NCBI GenBank assembly: GCA_963719505.1 | Contig: CAVRCF010000001.1 | Span: forward strand, 192,001-256,000 | Direction of reading: 5' to 3' | DNA from: Halobacteriovoraceae bacterium | GTDB taxonomy: Bacteria > Bdellovibrionota > Bacteriovoracia > Bacteriovoracales > Bacteriovoracaceae | DNA length: 64,000 nt | In this document: positions 42,025-52,014 of the stretch, piece after piece | How the letters are laid out: each line of letters opens with the position of its first letter | Position numbering within the stretch: the stretch's first letter is position 1 | Program-made: the position numbers and the translations under genes | The notes under the pieces: generated by a model | The model's database searches: none | What the model was told of the DNA's origin: nothing | What the model saw: the letters and a program-made list of their open reading frames with translations, nothing else

Positions 42025-42186
42025 GTAAAGCCATTTCACTTTTTTTATTTATAAACAAAAAGCTCTTGATAGTAAACACTTATTAGGTGGATAGTAACAG
42101 GGTTTATTTTCGGATATAATGCTTAAAAAATGAAGTCTTATTTTTTGCCTACCGGTCTATGACCTGAAGCGCTATTTAAAAGAAAA

Positions 42187-42262
42187 TGGAGCGGGCGAAG
42201 AGGCTCGAACTCACGACCCCAAGCTTGGAAGGCTTGTGCTCTACCAACTGAGCTACACCCGC
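42187..42262 (-). tRNA. tRNA-Gly(TCC)
   Basis: GCGGGTGTAGCTCAGTTGGTAGAGCACAAGCCT-TCC-AAGCTTG...GTTCGAG...CCCGCTCCA. Confidence 0.96.
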
Positions 42263-42300
42263 TTATTATTTGGTAATCATCATCAATTTGAAAACCTGAG

Positions 42301-42386
42301 TGGTGGCGCGGGCTGGATTCGAACCAGCGAAGGTATACACCGGCAGATTTACAGTCTGCTCCCTTTAGCCACTCGGGAACCACGCC
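42301..42386 (-). tRNA. tRNA-Tyr(GTA)
   Basis: GGCGTGGTTCCCGAGTGGCTAAAGGGAGCAGACT-GTA-AATCTGC, long variable arm, GGTTCGAATCC, ACCA end. Confidence 0.96.
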
Positions 42387-42402
42387 CTTAACTCAAATTT
42401 AG

Positions 42403-42478
42403 TGGAGCAGCTCACAGGAGTCGAACCTGCGACCGTCGGTTTACAAAACCGATGCTCTACCAACTGAGCTAGAGCAGC
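42403..42478 (-). tRNA. tRNA-Thr(TGT)
   Basis: GCTGCTCTAGCTCAGTTGGTAGAGCATCGGTTT-TGT-AAACCGA...GGTTCGACTCC...TCCA. Confidence 0.95.
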
Positions 42479-42513
42479 CCAAAAAGCCATCTTCTTCAAT
42501 TGATGAGAGTAAT

Positions 42514-42542
42514 TTTATAATTGGTAAGGATAATAAATGCAA
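42514..42542 (-). promoter_or_regulatory. Candidate sigma70 promoter of the tRNA-tuf operon
   Basis: Minus strand TTGCAT-17 nt-TATAAA preceded by A/T tracts (UP-element-like), ~35 nt upstream of tRNA-Thr(TGT). Confidence 0.55.
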
Positions 42543-42569
42543 GTTTTTTTTACAAAAAAAATAACATTT

Positions 42570-43346
42570 CTATTTTTTAGAAAAACATTTCTCCATAGAA
42601 ATAGCAGCGGCGACAGAAACATTTAACGACCGCGTTGCCCCCTGAGGAATAAGAGCAAGTTGATGCTTAATATTTCTAAGAACAGCGTGAGATATTCCCG
42701 TCTCTTCTTTACCCAAGACAAGGCAGGTTCCAAGTTTAGCCGAAGCAAGAATTTCCTCTGTAATCGGAGAATCAACATGCTCAGTCAAACCGATGCAAGT
42801 AACGCCTTTTTTCGTCAAAGTAGAAATCACTTTTGAGAGGTTACTCACTTGAACGATTTTTATAGACTCTGTTGCTCCAGAGGCAATTCTGTAAAAAGAA
42901 GGAGAGAAGCCAAATGATTTTTTCCCAGGAAGAACCACGATATCGATACCATAAAAGCTTGCGGTTCTTAGGATCGCAGCACCGTTGTGCACATCTGTAA
43001 CCTGATCGAGGCAAAGAATTTTTAAATCATCTTTCATTGAAATTTCTTCGTACAACCAATTGTTGTCATAAGTTTCAATGGGGCTTGTCACTATAAAGAC
43101 GCCCGAGGGAATCCTTGTAAAGTCCGCATCTAGGGTCTTGAAGTACTCTTTGCCTTTTTCCTGAAGGGCGTGTGGCTCTAGAAAAGTCTTGTTGAGATCT
43201 GAGAATTCTTTTTGAGTAACATCGGTGCGTTTAAGTAAATCTTTTTTCCCTTCTTCCGTTAGGTAAATTGAATGAACAACTCTATTTGGATTCTTTATTG
43301 CTGCTGCAATACTGTGAACCCCAACAATAACATCAAACTCTTCCAT
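42570..43346 (-). CDS. rlmB: SpoU/TrmH family rRNA 2'-O-methyltransferase (RlmB-like)
   Basis: LDQVTDVHNGAAILRTA, VLGKEETGI, SLNVSVAA. Confidence 0.8.
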   Translation of the reverse strand: MEEFDVIVGVHSIAAAIKNPNRVVHSIYLTEEGKKDLLKRTDVTQKEFSDLNKTFLEPHALQEKGKEYFKTLDADFTRIPSGVFIVTSPIETYDNNWLYEEISMKDDLKILCLDQVTDVHNGAAILRTASFYGIDIVVLPGKKSFGFSPSFYRIASGATESIKIVQVSNLSKVISTLTKKGVTCIGLTEHVDSPITEEILASAKLGTCLVLGKEETGISHAVLRNIKHQLALIPQGATRSLNVSVAAAISMEKCFSKK

Positions 43347-45074
43347 TTATTTTCCTAACTGCGAAAGCAGTTCCTTAATTTTTGTTTCTAAGTCACTTTG
43401 TTTGACTTTAAATACTTCGCCTGTAGAGCGAACTTTTAATTCAAACTCTCCGGTGGCTTCAAAGTCTCTCTCTCCGAGAGTTATTCTAATTGGGAGTCCC
43501 AAAAGATCAGCATCTTTGAACATTGGTCCTGGCCCCATACCTCGATCATCAAAAAGCACATCTATTCCACATGATTTCAGCTGACCATAGACTTTTTCAC
43601 TCAAAATTTTAGTTTCTTCTTTTTTACCGATGACTGCGAAATAGACATCAAACGGCGCAATAGCCGCTGGCCAGATAATTCCATTCTCATCATTTTTTTG
43701 CTCAATTGCTGCGGCCATTGTTCGAGAGATACCAATACCATAGCACCCCATCAACGGGATTTGTTTCTTCCCATTTTGATCAAGAACAGTGGCCTTCATT
43801 GATTTTGTATACTTGTCCCCAAGTTGAAAGATATGCCCAACTTCGATACCTTTTTTAAATTCAACTTTGGTTTTTCCATCGTGAGCGTAGTCACCAATTT
43901 TTGCTAGGCGAACGTCAGCGATCTTTCTTTTTGTCGTATCCCTTGAGGGCACAAAACCATCAACGTGGTAATTTTCTTTATTAGCTCCCACAATAAAAGA
44001 TTTTTCGATATCAATTTCTGAATCAAAGATAACACTAATTTTTTCATCAACTCCAAGTGGGCTCATATATCCCTTAGGAAGGTTTAACGCCTTGAGAGTC
44101 TCTTCACTAGCGATATTTACCTCATCCGCTTTGAGGGCATTTTGAAGCTTCACTTCATTTAAGTCATCATCACCCAAAAGCATAACCATATAGTGAACTT
44201 CTTTAGCTCCATATTTTGCGGTCAAAACTAAAGTCTTTAGACTTTGATGCAGGGGCAGTTCTAGGCTTTCACAGACTTCTTTACAGGTCTGGAGTCCTTT
44301 GGTTTCAAGCTCTTTAAGCTCTTTAGCCTGGGCAAAAGAGAGAGGTCCGCGGCTAGTCTGTGCTTTTTCGATATTGGCAGCATAACCAATTGAGGGTGCA
44401 ACCACGACGACGTCTTCACCGTTATCTGCAACAACCTGAAACTCATGAGTCTTTGAATCGACGCTTCCCATCGCTCCGGCATCAGCTTCTACGATGATAT
44501 GCTCAAGCCCCATACGGGTAAATATATTTGAATACGCTTGATAAAAAAGCTCGTATTCTTTATCCATAGATTCTTTATCCATGGAAAAGGTATAGGCATC
44601 TTTCATGATAAATTCACGCCCACGCATTAACCCAAAACGGGGACGGATTTCATCTCTAAACTTTGTGTTAATTTGGTAAAGAGAAACGGGGAGATTTTTA
44701 TATGACGTTACCGTTTTTTTAAAGATATTTGTAATCGTCTCTTCATTTGTAGGGCTGAGGCAGAAGTCCGCATTTTTACGATCAACAAAACGAAGCATCT
44801 CAAGTCCCATGGTCTCCCACCGTCCAGACTCTTTCCAAACTTCACTTGGAGTAACCATATTCATAAGAAGTTCTTGTGAATCGATAGCGTTTAGTTCTTC
44901 TCGAACGATAGTTTTTATTTTTTCAAGGACTCTTACGGCCATAGGAAGGTAGGAATAAATTCCACCAGCTTCTTTTTGAATAAAGCCTGCTCGCATAAGA
45001 AGCTTATGAGAGGTAACTTCAGCATCAGACGGGACTTCTTTATAAGTCTGCCAAAAGCTTTTAGATAATTTCAT
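43347..45074 (-). CDS. proS: Proline--tRNA ligase, bacterial type with editing domain
   Basis: PTNEE, KFRDEIRPRFGLMRGREFIMKDAY, IEVGHIFQLG, MGCYGIG. Confidence 0.97.
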   Translation of the reverse strand: MKLSKSFWQTYKEVPSDAEVTSHKLLMRAGFIQKEAGGIYSYLPMAVRVLEKIKTIVREELNAIDSQELLMNMVTPSEVWKESGRWETMGLEMLRFVDRKNADFCLSPTNEETITNIFKKTVTSYKNLPVSLYQINTKFRDEIRPRFGLMRGREFIMKDAYTFSMDKESMDKEYELFYQAYSNIFTRMGLEHIIVEADAGAMGSVDSKTHEFQVVADNGEDVVVVAPSIGYAANIEKAQTSRGPLSFAQAKELKELETKGLQTCKEVCESLELPLHQSLKTLVLTAKYGAKEVHYMVMLLGDDDLNEVKLQNALKADEVNIASEETLKALNLPKGYMSPLGVDEKISVIFDSEIDIEKSFIVGANKENYHVDGFVPSRDTTKRKIADVRLAKIGDYAHDGKTKVEFKKGIEVGHIFQLGDKYTKSMKATVLDQNGKKQIPLMGCYGIGISRTMAAAIEQKNDENGIIWPAAIAPFDVYFAVIGKKEETKILSEKVYGQLKSCGIDVLFDDRGMGPGPMFKDADLLGLPIRITLGERDFEATGEFELKVRSTGEVFKVKQSDLETKIKELLSQLGK

Positions 45075-45083
45075 TTGAATGCC

Positions 45084-45467
45084 TTATTTGAATAAACTGT
45101 TGGTGTCGATATCTTTTGTTTCTACAAACATTTCCATCACACAATCTTCTGCTAGATCAGCTCCAACAGTAACGATAAGCCCTGAAGACTGTTTTATATC
45201 GATAAGCTTGATGTCTGAAATTGACTCTCCATCGTTACAATATTCAGAGATATCAAATTTTAAAAGTTCAACTTTAATCATGGGAAGTGACATAACTTCT
45301 ACCAATTCTATTTTAGAGTTTATAGGCAGATTAAGTTTATAACCTTCCTTCTCCAAAGAAATAGCTCTGTCGGTTGTGTACTTTTTATTTTTTTCAAGAT
45401 CTGACCACTTTGACATAGCAAAACTAGCAGTAGAGAAAAGCATAAGTAGCATTAAAAATTGCTTCAT
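45084..45467 (-). CDS. Hypothetical secreted protein
   Basis: Signal-peptide-like MKQFLMLLMLFSTASFA; two cysteines in the mature part. Confidence 0.65.
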   Translation of the reverse strand: MKQFLMLLMLFSTASFAMSKWSDLEKNKKYTTDRAISLEKEGYKLNLPINSKIELVEVMSLPMIKVELLKFDISEYCNDGESISDIKLIDIKQSSGLIVTVGADLAEDCVMEMFVETKDIDTNSLFK

Positions 45468-45470
45468 TGG

Positions 45471-45499
45471 AAACCCCATAATTATAAAATATGGGGTTT
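45471..45499. terminator. Hairpin downstream of lpxC (possible terminator)
   Basis: aaaccccata...tatggggttt inverted repeat. Confidence 0.5.
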
Positions 45500-45527
45500 T
45501 CTACACTAAAAAGAGATAATTGAAAAG

Positions 45528-46445
45528 CTAGTTTGTAACACTTATCATGTGCGGTAGTCTGTGGGCCTCTTGTACCTCTGCAGTCAAAGAGGTCGCGGAG
45601 ACTATTTCATAACATGATTGTGTTTCTAGTATCTTACGGCATAAAAGATTGTGTAAGTGATGCCCAGACTTATAGGTTGTAATTTTCCCTGCGATCTCGT
45701 AGCCCATCAAAGAAATATCACCAATGGTGTCGAGGATTTTATGACGAACAAATTCATCAGCAAAACGCAGTCCCTCAGGGTTGATAACTTTAAAATCATC
45801 TAAAACGACAGCATTGTCTAAAGATCCACCTTGAACAAGTCCTTTTCGTTTTAGCATATCAACATCTCTCAACATACCAAAAGTACGGGCTCGGCTAATA
45901 TTGTTGATGAAATTTTCACAGCTAAACTCAAATGTTTCTCTTTGAGTTTTAATCGCCGGATGTGCAAAGACTATCGTTGAATCAATAATGAGGTTTTTAG
46001 CAGGCTCAATCTGTGCCCATTTTCCATCGTGCTCCACACGGACCGTGTCCGTTATCACCATGAATTTTTTTGTTTTATTTAAATTTTGAACACCTGTCTC
46101 TTTGAGGATGAAAACAAATGATGCTCCAGAGCCATCCATAATAGGGACTTCAGGACCATCGATCTCGCAGTAAACATTATCAATGCCCAAACCATAAAGA
46201 GCAGCAAGAAGATGTTCAACAGTATGAATGGCCTCTTTTCCAGCTCCAAGAGTTGTATTATTATCAGTAGCACCAACACTTGTCGCGTTCGCCTTTTGAT
46301 CTTTTGAATCTTTAATATCCACTCGTCTAAAAATAATACCCGTATTTGCTTCAGCTGGGTGGAGTTTCAATTTTACTTTTTTCCCTGAGTGAAGTCCTAT
46401 TCCTGTGACTTGCACCTCTTTAGCGAGGGTTCTTTGGTAAATCAT
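45528..46445 (-). CDS. lpxC: UDP-3-O-acyl-N-acetylglucosamine deacetylase
   Basis: GIGLHSG, TVEHLLAAL, EVPIMDGS, ARTFG, RHKILDTIGD, KSGH. Confidence 0.97.
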   Translation of the reverse strand: MIYQRTLAKEVQVTGIGLHSGKKVKLKLHPAEANTGIIFRRVDIKDSKDQKANATSVGATDNNTTLGAGKEAIHTVEHLLAALYGLGIDNVYCEIDGPEVPIMDGSGASFVFILKETGVQNLNKTKKFMVITDTVRVEHDGKWAQIEPAKNLIIDSTIVFAHPAIKTQRETFEFSCENFINNISRARTFGMLRDVDMLKRKGLVQGGSLDNAVVLDDFKVINPEGLRFADEFVRHKILDTIGDISLMGYEIAGKITTYKSGHHLHNLLCRKILETQSCYEIVSATSLTAEVQEAHRLPHMISVTN

Positions 46446-46650
46446 TATATTGTCCTTTAGGCACGTACCCTAAATCTTCCTTGTTTTTGCACTACGTGTC
46501 TTATAATTATAAACTAATTTTATTAAAAAACACGAATGAAAAATTAGGGCAATTTTATCAATTATTAAACGTAAATAGTCAACTATTTGTGCTATTTTGT
46601 AATAATTACAAAGGGATAGGCTACATAAGGGGCAATTCTTGTGCTTTTAA

Positions 46651-47646
46651 CTACTTGAATTTATTTACATGGGAGATCGATTTTTCCGACAAAGAACGTC
46701 CCCGAGGTGTTCGAAGCAGTAATCCTTCCTTTAAGAGGTAGGGCTCGTACACTTCTTCGATGGTTTGTTTGTCTTCTCCCAAAGTTGCACTCAAGGCATC
46801 AATGCCAACGGGGCCTCCAGAATAGAAGTCATGAATAACCGTTAAAATTTTTCTATCCATTGAGTCTAAGCCCAGCTCATCGATATCCAACAAGACTAAG
46901 GCCTTTGTTACGTCTTCAACTTCTACCACTGAATGGTCTTGTACTAGAGCAAAATCTCTCACTCTTCTCAATATTCTGTTGGCGATCCTAGGTGTCCCTC
47001 GACTTCTTTTCGCAATTTCAAGCTTTGCATTATCGTTTAATTTTATTTTTAATTTTTTAGAATTATTTGCAAGGATTTTAGACAGGTCCTCGGCTTCGTA
47101 GTAGTCAAAGTGAAGATGGGCCATAAATCTATCTCTTAAAGGATTAGAAAGAAGACCGCTTCTTGTTGTTGCACCTATTAAAGTGAAGGGAACTAAATCA
47201 ATTTGCATGGTCCTAGCACTCGCCCCTTGGCCTATAAGGATATCGAGCCTAAAGTCCTCCATAGCTGAATAGAGAATTTCTTCAACTGAGATATTCATTC
47301 GGTGAATTTCATCGATAAAGAGAATATCTTGGGGAGCGATATTAGTGAGAACTGCTGCGAGGTCACCTTTTTTTTCTATGGCCGGCCCACTGACGACATG
47401 TAACTCACTTCCAATGGCGTCAGCAATGATCATCGCAAGACTGGTTTTTCCCAGACCTGGAGGTCCCGATAAAAGAACGTGGTCCATCGCTGCGTTTCTT
47501 TTGAGAGCGGACTTAACCATAAGATCAATATTTTCGACGACACGTCTTTGGCCTATGTACTCAGTAAAGTCATTAGGCCTTAATTTAGCATCGTGAACGG
47601 CATCGTGTTTTTTATTTTGATTGGTTAAAAATCTTTCATCACTCAT
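46651..47646 (-). CDS. ruvB: Holliday junction branch migration helicase RuvB
   Basis: LRP, GPPGLGKT, FIDEIHR, GATTR, RGTPRIANR, RTPRGR. Confidence 0.98.
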   Translation of the reverse strand: MSDERFLTNQNKKHDAVHDAKLRPNDFTEYIGQRRVVENIDLMVKSALKRNAAMDHVLLSGPPGLGKTSLAMIIADAIGSELHVVSGPAIEKKGDLAAVLTNIAPQDILFIDEIHRMNISVEEILYSAMEDFRLDILIGQGASARTMQIDLVPFTLIGATTRSGLLSNPLRDRFMAHLHFDYYEAEDLSKILANNSKKLKIKLNDNAKLEIAKRSRGTPRIANRILRRVRDFALVQDHSVVEVEDVTKALVLLDIDELGLDSMDRKILTVIHDFYSGGPVGIDALSATLGEDKQTIEEVYEPYLLKEGLLLRTPRGRSLSEKSISHVNKFK

Positions 47647-47648
47647 AT

Positions 47649-48266
47649 TTATAACTCTTTGAGAACTCTTTTAATAAGCTCCTCCGAAGACTGAACTGAT
47701 TCATCAACACAAGACTGGATCGTCAGATCTATATCTTTATATCCCAAGCTCTCTAGTGCCATTCTCGCCTCAACGATTAGTTTTTTATTAGAATATAGAG
47801 CTGGTCGATCAATAGCATTAATCTGAGTAATATCTCCAGCATCCTCTGCTTCAGCCTCAGAGCTAAAGCTAAAGTGCTGACCAATCTTATCTTTTAGAGA
47901 AAGAATAATTTGCTCCGCCATTTTCTTCCCTATTCCGGGAGCTTTTGTCAGAACATTTACCTGCTCCAAGCGAATAGCTTCTATGAGAAAATCGCGTCCT
48001 ATATTAGTCACCAAAGGATAGGCTTTAGAGGAACCTACCTTATTAACGGTCTTTAAAAGCTCAAACATTTTTTTGTCTTCAATATTATTAAAGGCCCAAA
48101 GACTCTGGTCACTATCAGTAATATGGTGATGGGTATAAAGTCCTATATTAGTATTTGCCTGCAAAAAATATCCATAGTTCAAATCATAACCAATACCTTG
48201 ATTAGTAAGAATTAAAGCTTTTTTACCATCTGAGAAAAGTACTTTCCCTTGAACATATCCAATCAT
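47649..48266 (-). CDS. ruvA: Holliday junction binding protein RuvA
   Basis: MIGYVQG, PGIGKKMAEQIILSLK, ALESLGY; synteny. Confidence 0.93.
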   Translation of the reverse strand: MIGYVQGKVLFSDGKKALILTNQGIGYDLNYGYFLQANTNIGLYTHHHITDSDQSLWAFNNIEDKKMFELLKTVNKVGSSKAYPLVTNIGRDFLIEAIRLEQVNVLTKAPGIGKKMAEQIILSLKDKIGQHFSFSSEAEAEDAGDITQINAIDRPALYSNKKLIVEARMALESLGYKDIDLTIQSCVDESVQSSEELIKRVLKEL

Positions 48267-48806
48267 TTATACCTTATGTGCTAAAGAAGCTGCTAGTCCC
48301 CGAGCGCCCTTAGTCTTTTTTAAATTTGAAACTTTTGAGTTTTTATTAAGGATATGACAAAGAGCAATTGCTGCGGCATCACTTTCATCATGGGTTTTAT
48401 ACTCTCTTTTACCTAAAACCATATCCATAAATTTCTGCATGGACTCTTTATCGGCATGTCCATGCCCTGAAGCCGTTGCCTTCACTAAAGTTGGCGCGTA
48501 TTCAAATATTTTTCCCTGATACTTTTCTATGAAAGATGAGAGAATAATTCCTCGGGCTTGGGCCAGTTTAATGGCTGAAGATGGATTTTTAACAAAAATT
48601 AAAGACTCGAATGCAATCTCATCGGGATTAAACTTTTCAACGAGCTCATCTGAAAGAGTCTTGATTTGGGCCAATCTTTCCAAGAACGTTATCGAGCCAT
48701 CAAAACTCAAGACGCCAGAATCAATATAATTGACCTTTTTACCAACTGATTCTAATAGCGCCCAACCAGTATTAACTGAACCTGGATCAATTCCTAAGAT
48801 AAGCAT
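48267..48806 (-). CDS. ruvC: Crossover junction endodeoxyribonuclease RuvC
   Basis: ILGIDPG, AFE, KLAQARG, YAPTLVK, DESDAAAIALCH. Confidence 0.96.
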   Translation of the reverse strand: MLILGIDPGSVNTGWALLESVGKKVNYIDSGVLSFDGSITFLERLAQIKTLSDELVEKFNPDEIAFESLIFVKNPSSAIKLAQARGIILSSFIEKYQGKIFEYAPTLVKATASGHGHADKESMQKFMDMVLGKREYKTHDESDAAAIALCHILNKNSKVSNLKKTKGARGLAASLAHKV

Positions 48807-48820
48807 TTGTATATTCTAGC

Positions 48821-49096
48821 TCAGCGAATAAGGTCTGGAAACTTTCTAACAGTTCTATCTAAAAGATTTATGAACTTTTTCTCATCGGTATCCATTAGGT
48901 CGGCCAGAATTCTGTAGTGAGACAAGAGAAAGGATTTCTGACCAAGCTTAAAAAGTTGAACTGAGTGGGTTCTGCATAGAGCTATAGGAACAGGAGCTCC
49001 ATTATCGTCATACAACTGAGCCGTTTCAAGGGTCTCACCTTTTGGCGTTTGTTTTCCATAATGTTTGCAAATAGTACACTCGCTCTTTTTCGACAT
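48821..49096 (-). CDS. Small hypothetical protein with CxxC...CxxH putative zinc site
   Basis: Likely start MSKKSECTICKH at 49096; later LCRTH; directly upstream of ruvC. Confidence 0.6.
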   Translation of the reverse strand: MSKKSECTICKHYGKQTPKGETLETAQLYDDNGAPVPIALCRTHSVQLFKLGQKSFLLSHYRILADLMDTDEKKFINLLDRTVRKFPDLIR

Positions 49097-49223
49097 ATAA
49101 CGACCCACAGTTAAAGAGTTAACATCGTCTATTATACACTGAGTCTTAATTTTAATTAACCTAAAAGATTTCATGATTGGATTTTTCCCTATTAAATCTC
49201 AGCTATTTACGGTAATAAATGAT

Positions 49224-50093
49224 ATGTCCAAGCTTATAATCGCCAAACCAATTATTGAGGAAACTCTCGAAACTTTGAAAGAAAAGAGAGCTGAACTAGA
49301 AAACAAGGGTTTGAACCCCAAGATGAGTGTCATTCTAGTTGGTGATAACCCTGCAAGTCTCTCCTATATCAAAAATAAAAAGAAAATGTGCCAAAAGATT
49401 GGGGCTGATTTTAACCTGATAAAGCTTGATAAAAATATTAGCGAGAAAGAATTCTTAGAGCATGTGAATAAACAAAATTTGGACGACACGGTTACAGGCT
49501 GTTTTATTCAACTTCCTGTTCCACAGCACCTCAGACATCTTGATACGGCCACTCTTGTATCTTTTGAAAAAGATGTGGATGGCTTTCATTCAAAAACCTC
49601 TGTGGCGCTTTACCGCAACCAACAATGTAACCTCATTCCCTGTACTCCCAAAGGAATCGTCAAGCTTTTGAACTTTTACAATATTCCCATTAAGGGACAA
49701 GATATTACGATCATTGGTCGATCATTTATAGTTGGAAGACCTCTAAACCTCCTCCTTTCAAATCTCGATGCAACAGTGACTCTTTGCCACTCTAAAAGTA
49801 AAAATATTAAAGAACACTGCCAGCGAGCAGATATTATTATAAGTGCTGTTGGCTCTCCTAAGTATCTGGACAAAAGTTATATTTCTAGCACTAAGTCTCA
49901 AACCCTTATTGACGTTGGTATAAATAGAGATGACAGTGGACAATTATGCGGAGATATGGATTTTGATGCCCTCAACGGACAAGTTGAAGCCATCACCCCT
50001 GTCCCTGGCAGCGTTGGGCCAATGACAGTATTGTCTCTTATGGAAAACCTCATAAAAGCGACCGACGGAATACTTAAAACAAGGAACAAATGA
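49224..50093 (+). CDS. folD: Methylenetetrahydrofolate dehydrogenase/cyclohydrolase
   Basis: VGDNPAS, QLP, KDVDG, PCTP, IGRS.IVGRP, DVGIN, ITPVPG.VGPMT; start probably MSKLI at 49224. Confidence 0.96.
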   Translation: MSKLIIAKPIIEETLETLKEKRAELENKGLNPKMSVILVGDNPASLSYIKNKKKMCQKIGADFNLIKLDKNISEKEFLEHVNKQNLDDTVTGCFIQLPVPQHLRHLDTATLVSFEKDVDGFHSKTSVALYRNQQCNLIPCTPKGIVKLLNFYNIPIKGQDITIIGRSFIVGRPLNLLLSNLDATVTLCHSKSKNIKEHCQRADIIISAVGSPKYLDKSYISSTKSQTLIDVGINRDDSGQLCGDMDFDALNGQVEAITPVPGSVGPMTVLSLMENLIKATDGILKTRNK

Positions 50094-51164
50094 AAACTTC
50101 ACTATTCGAAATGCACAAAGAGCTAGGCGCAAAAATTGTGGACTTTGCCGGATGGGAGATGCCCATCCAGTACAAAAACCTAAAACAAGAGGTCATTGCC
50201 GTTAGAGAAAATTGCGGTATGTTTGACGTTAGCCACATGGGTGAATTTTTTGTCTCTGGACCAGAAGCTGTAAAATTTGTCGATGAACTAGTCACAAACG
50301 ATATAAAGAATGCTGAGCTATTAAAAGCTATCTACTCCCCGCTTTGCAGAGAGGATGGAACAATAATAGATGACCTTATTGTCTACAAACTAACCGCAGT
50401 CGAGCCTTATGATTTGTGTTAATGCCGCAAACATAGAAAAAGACTTTAATTGGATTAAGTCCAAGGCTAAAGGCTATGAAGTTGAACTCGTCAACAGATC
50501 TGAGGACTATTCACTTTTAGCCGTTCAAGGTCCAAACACCTTTAAAGCTTTAACATCCATTAACCTTGAGTTTGAACTCCAAGACATACCCTACTACTCC
50601 ATTCAAACAACTGATCTAAGTGCTACGACACCGGTTCTCTTTGCTAGAACAGGCTACACTGGTGAAGATGGTTTTGAGATATTCGGACCACACGATTATA
50701 TCAAGAAAATCTGGAGCCAATTAATTGAAGCTGGTGTTGAGCCCTGTGGACTAGGTTCTAGAGACGTTTTACGCCTTGAGGTTTGCTACCCTCTTTATGG
50801 ACATGAACTAAGTGACGAAGTCACGCCTCTTGAGAGCGGATTGAAATGGACTGTTAAACTGGATAAGCCAGCTTTCACAGGAAAAGAAACTCTTGCACTA
50901 AACAATATTAATTCACAACTGATAAAATTCTCCCTCGATAAAGGGATTCCCAGAGATGGCTATAAGATCCTGAACTCTAATAATGAGCAAGTTGGTACTG
51001 TCACATCTGGGACAATGTCAGTAAGCTTAAATAAAGGCATAGGTATCGCCAGAGTTAGCAAAGAAAAGTACAATAAAGATGAAAAATATGAAATTGAGAT
51101 TAGAAACAAATCTTTTCCAATCAACATCACAACAAAAGCATTTGTAAGCGGAGGACATAAGTAA
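50090..51164 (+). CDS. gcvT: Glycine cleavage system aminomethyltransferase T (one frameshift near 50400)
   Basis: FAGWEMPIQY, MFDVSHMG, NAAN, RTGYTGEDGFE, RDVLRLE, split over two ORFs. Confidence 0.95.
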
Positions 51165-51550
51165 TGAGTCAAATAGTTGAAAACCTTTTTTATACAGAAG
51201 ATCACGAGTGGATAAAAGTCGAAGGCAAAACTGCAAGTATTGGAATTACCGACTTTGCTCAAAATTCTTTAGGAGACATTGTTTTTGTTGAACTCCCAGA
51301 TATCGATAGCGAAGTTGAAGCAGGAAATACTTTTGGCGTAGTTGAATCGATAAAATCAGTGAGTGACTTATACACACCAATTAGTGGAAAAGTTGTGGAT
51401 AAAAATTCAAGTGTTGAGGAAACACCTGAATCTATTAACCAAAATGCATTTGAGTCATGGCTCATCAAAATTGAATTATCAGATGACACACAACTTGACA
51501 GTTTAATGACTGCAGAAAAATATAAAACATTCTGTGAAGAAAATTCCTAA
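51164..51550 (+). CDS. gcvH: Glycine cleavage system H protein
   Basis: HEW, GITDFAQ..LGDIVFVELP, lipoyl-Lys in VESIKSVSD. Confidence 0.97.
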   Translation: MSQIVENLFYTEDHEWIKVEGKTASIGITDFAQNSLGDIVFVELPDIDSEVEAGNTFGVVESIKSVSDLYTPISGKVVDKNSSVEETPESINQNAFESWLIKIELSDDTQLDSLMTAEKYKTFCEENS

Positions 51551-51567
51551 AAATTTTATAGTGCACG

Positions 51568-51590
51568 AAGCCGGCTCCTAGTCGGCTTTT
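51568..51590 (+). terminator. Intrinsic terminator after gcvH
   Basis: aagccggct-cct-agtcggctttt hairpin with a T-run. Confidence 0.65.
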
Positions 51591-51724
51591 ACAACTCAAT
51601 TTATTGATACAAAAAAAATTCATTATTACGCAAAACCCCTTTACGTAAAGATCAAATAGGTTCATATTAACCACTCGCTCAACACCGCTGGAAAATTTTT
51701 TAAAGCCCTAGGATATATAACTAA

Positions 51725-52012
51725 ATGGAATCTATTCAACTTCTAAATACAGCAATCATCAAAAGCAAAGAAAAGAAAATCGATAACTCTTATGAGGAAA
51801 GACTCAGCAAGATAAATAACTCACCTGCAATCGAAGTGATTAATAAATCTATTTCAATGTTGGCTGAATCACAAAAAATTTCAAGAGATCAAGCAGCTCT
51901 TCAAATTATAGAATCAATCAGAGAATTAGATTCTATCTGGACTGACTATGTAACAATGGAAGGTATTGATAGGTTGAAGAATCTTCTTAAAGGTAGCCCT
52001 AGTTCACACTAG
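51725..52012 (+). CDS. Hypothetical helical protein
   Basis: 95-aa ORF with SD-like agga; no motif recognised. Confidence 0.6.
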   Translation: MESIQLLNTAIIKSKEKKIDNSYEERLSKINNSPAIEVINKSISMLAESQKISRDQAALQIIESIRELDSIWTDYVTMEGIDRLKNLLKGSPSSH

Positions 52013-52014
52013 AC

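Noticed and set aside
42138-42383. 81-aa ORF (and the 60-aa ORF at 40386-40568)
   Set aside because: They overlap clear tRNA genes.
41950-42478. Integrated element or att site at the tRNA cluster
   Set aside because: No integrase and no duplicated tRNA 3' end seen; flanks are housekeeping genes.
50090-51164. Two-subunit GcvT
   Set aside because: A single indel near 50400 joins the halves into a normal-length protein.
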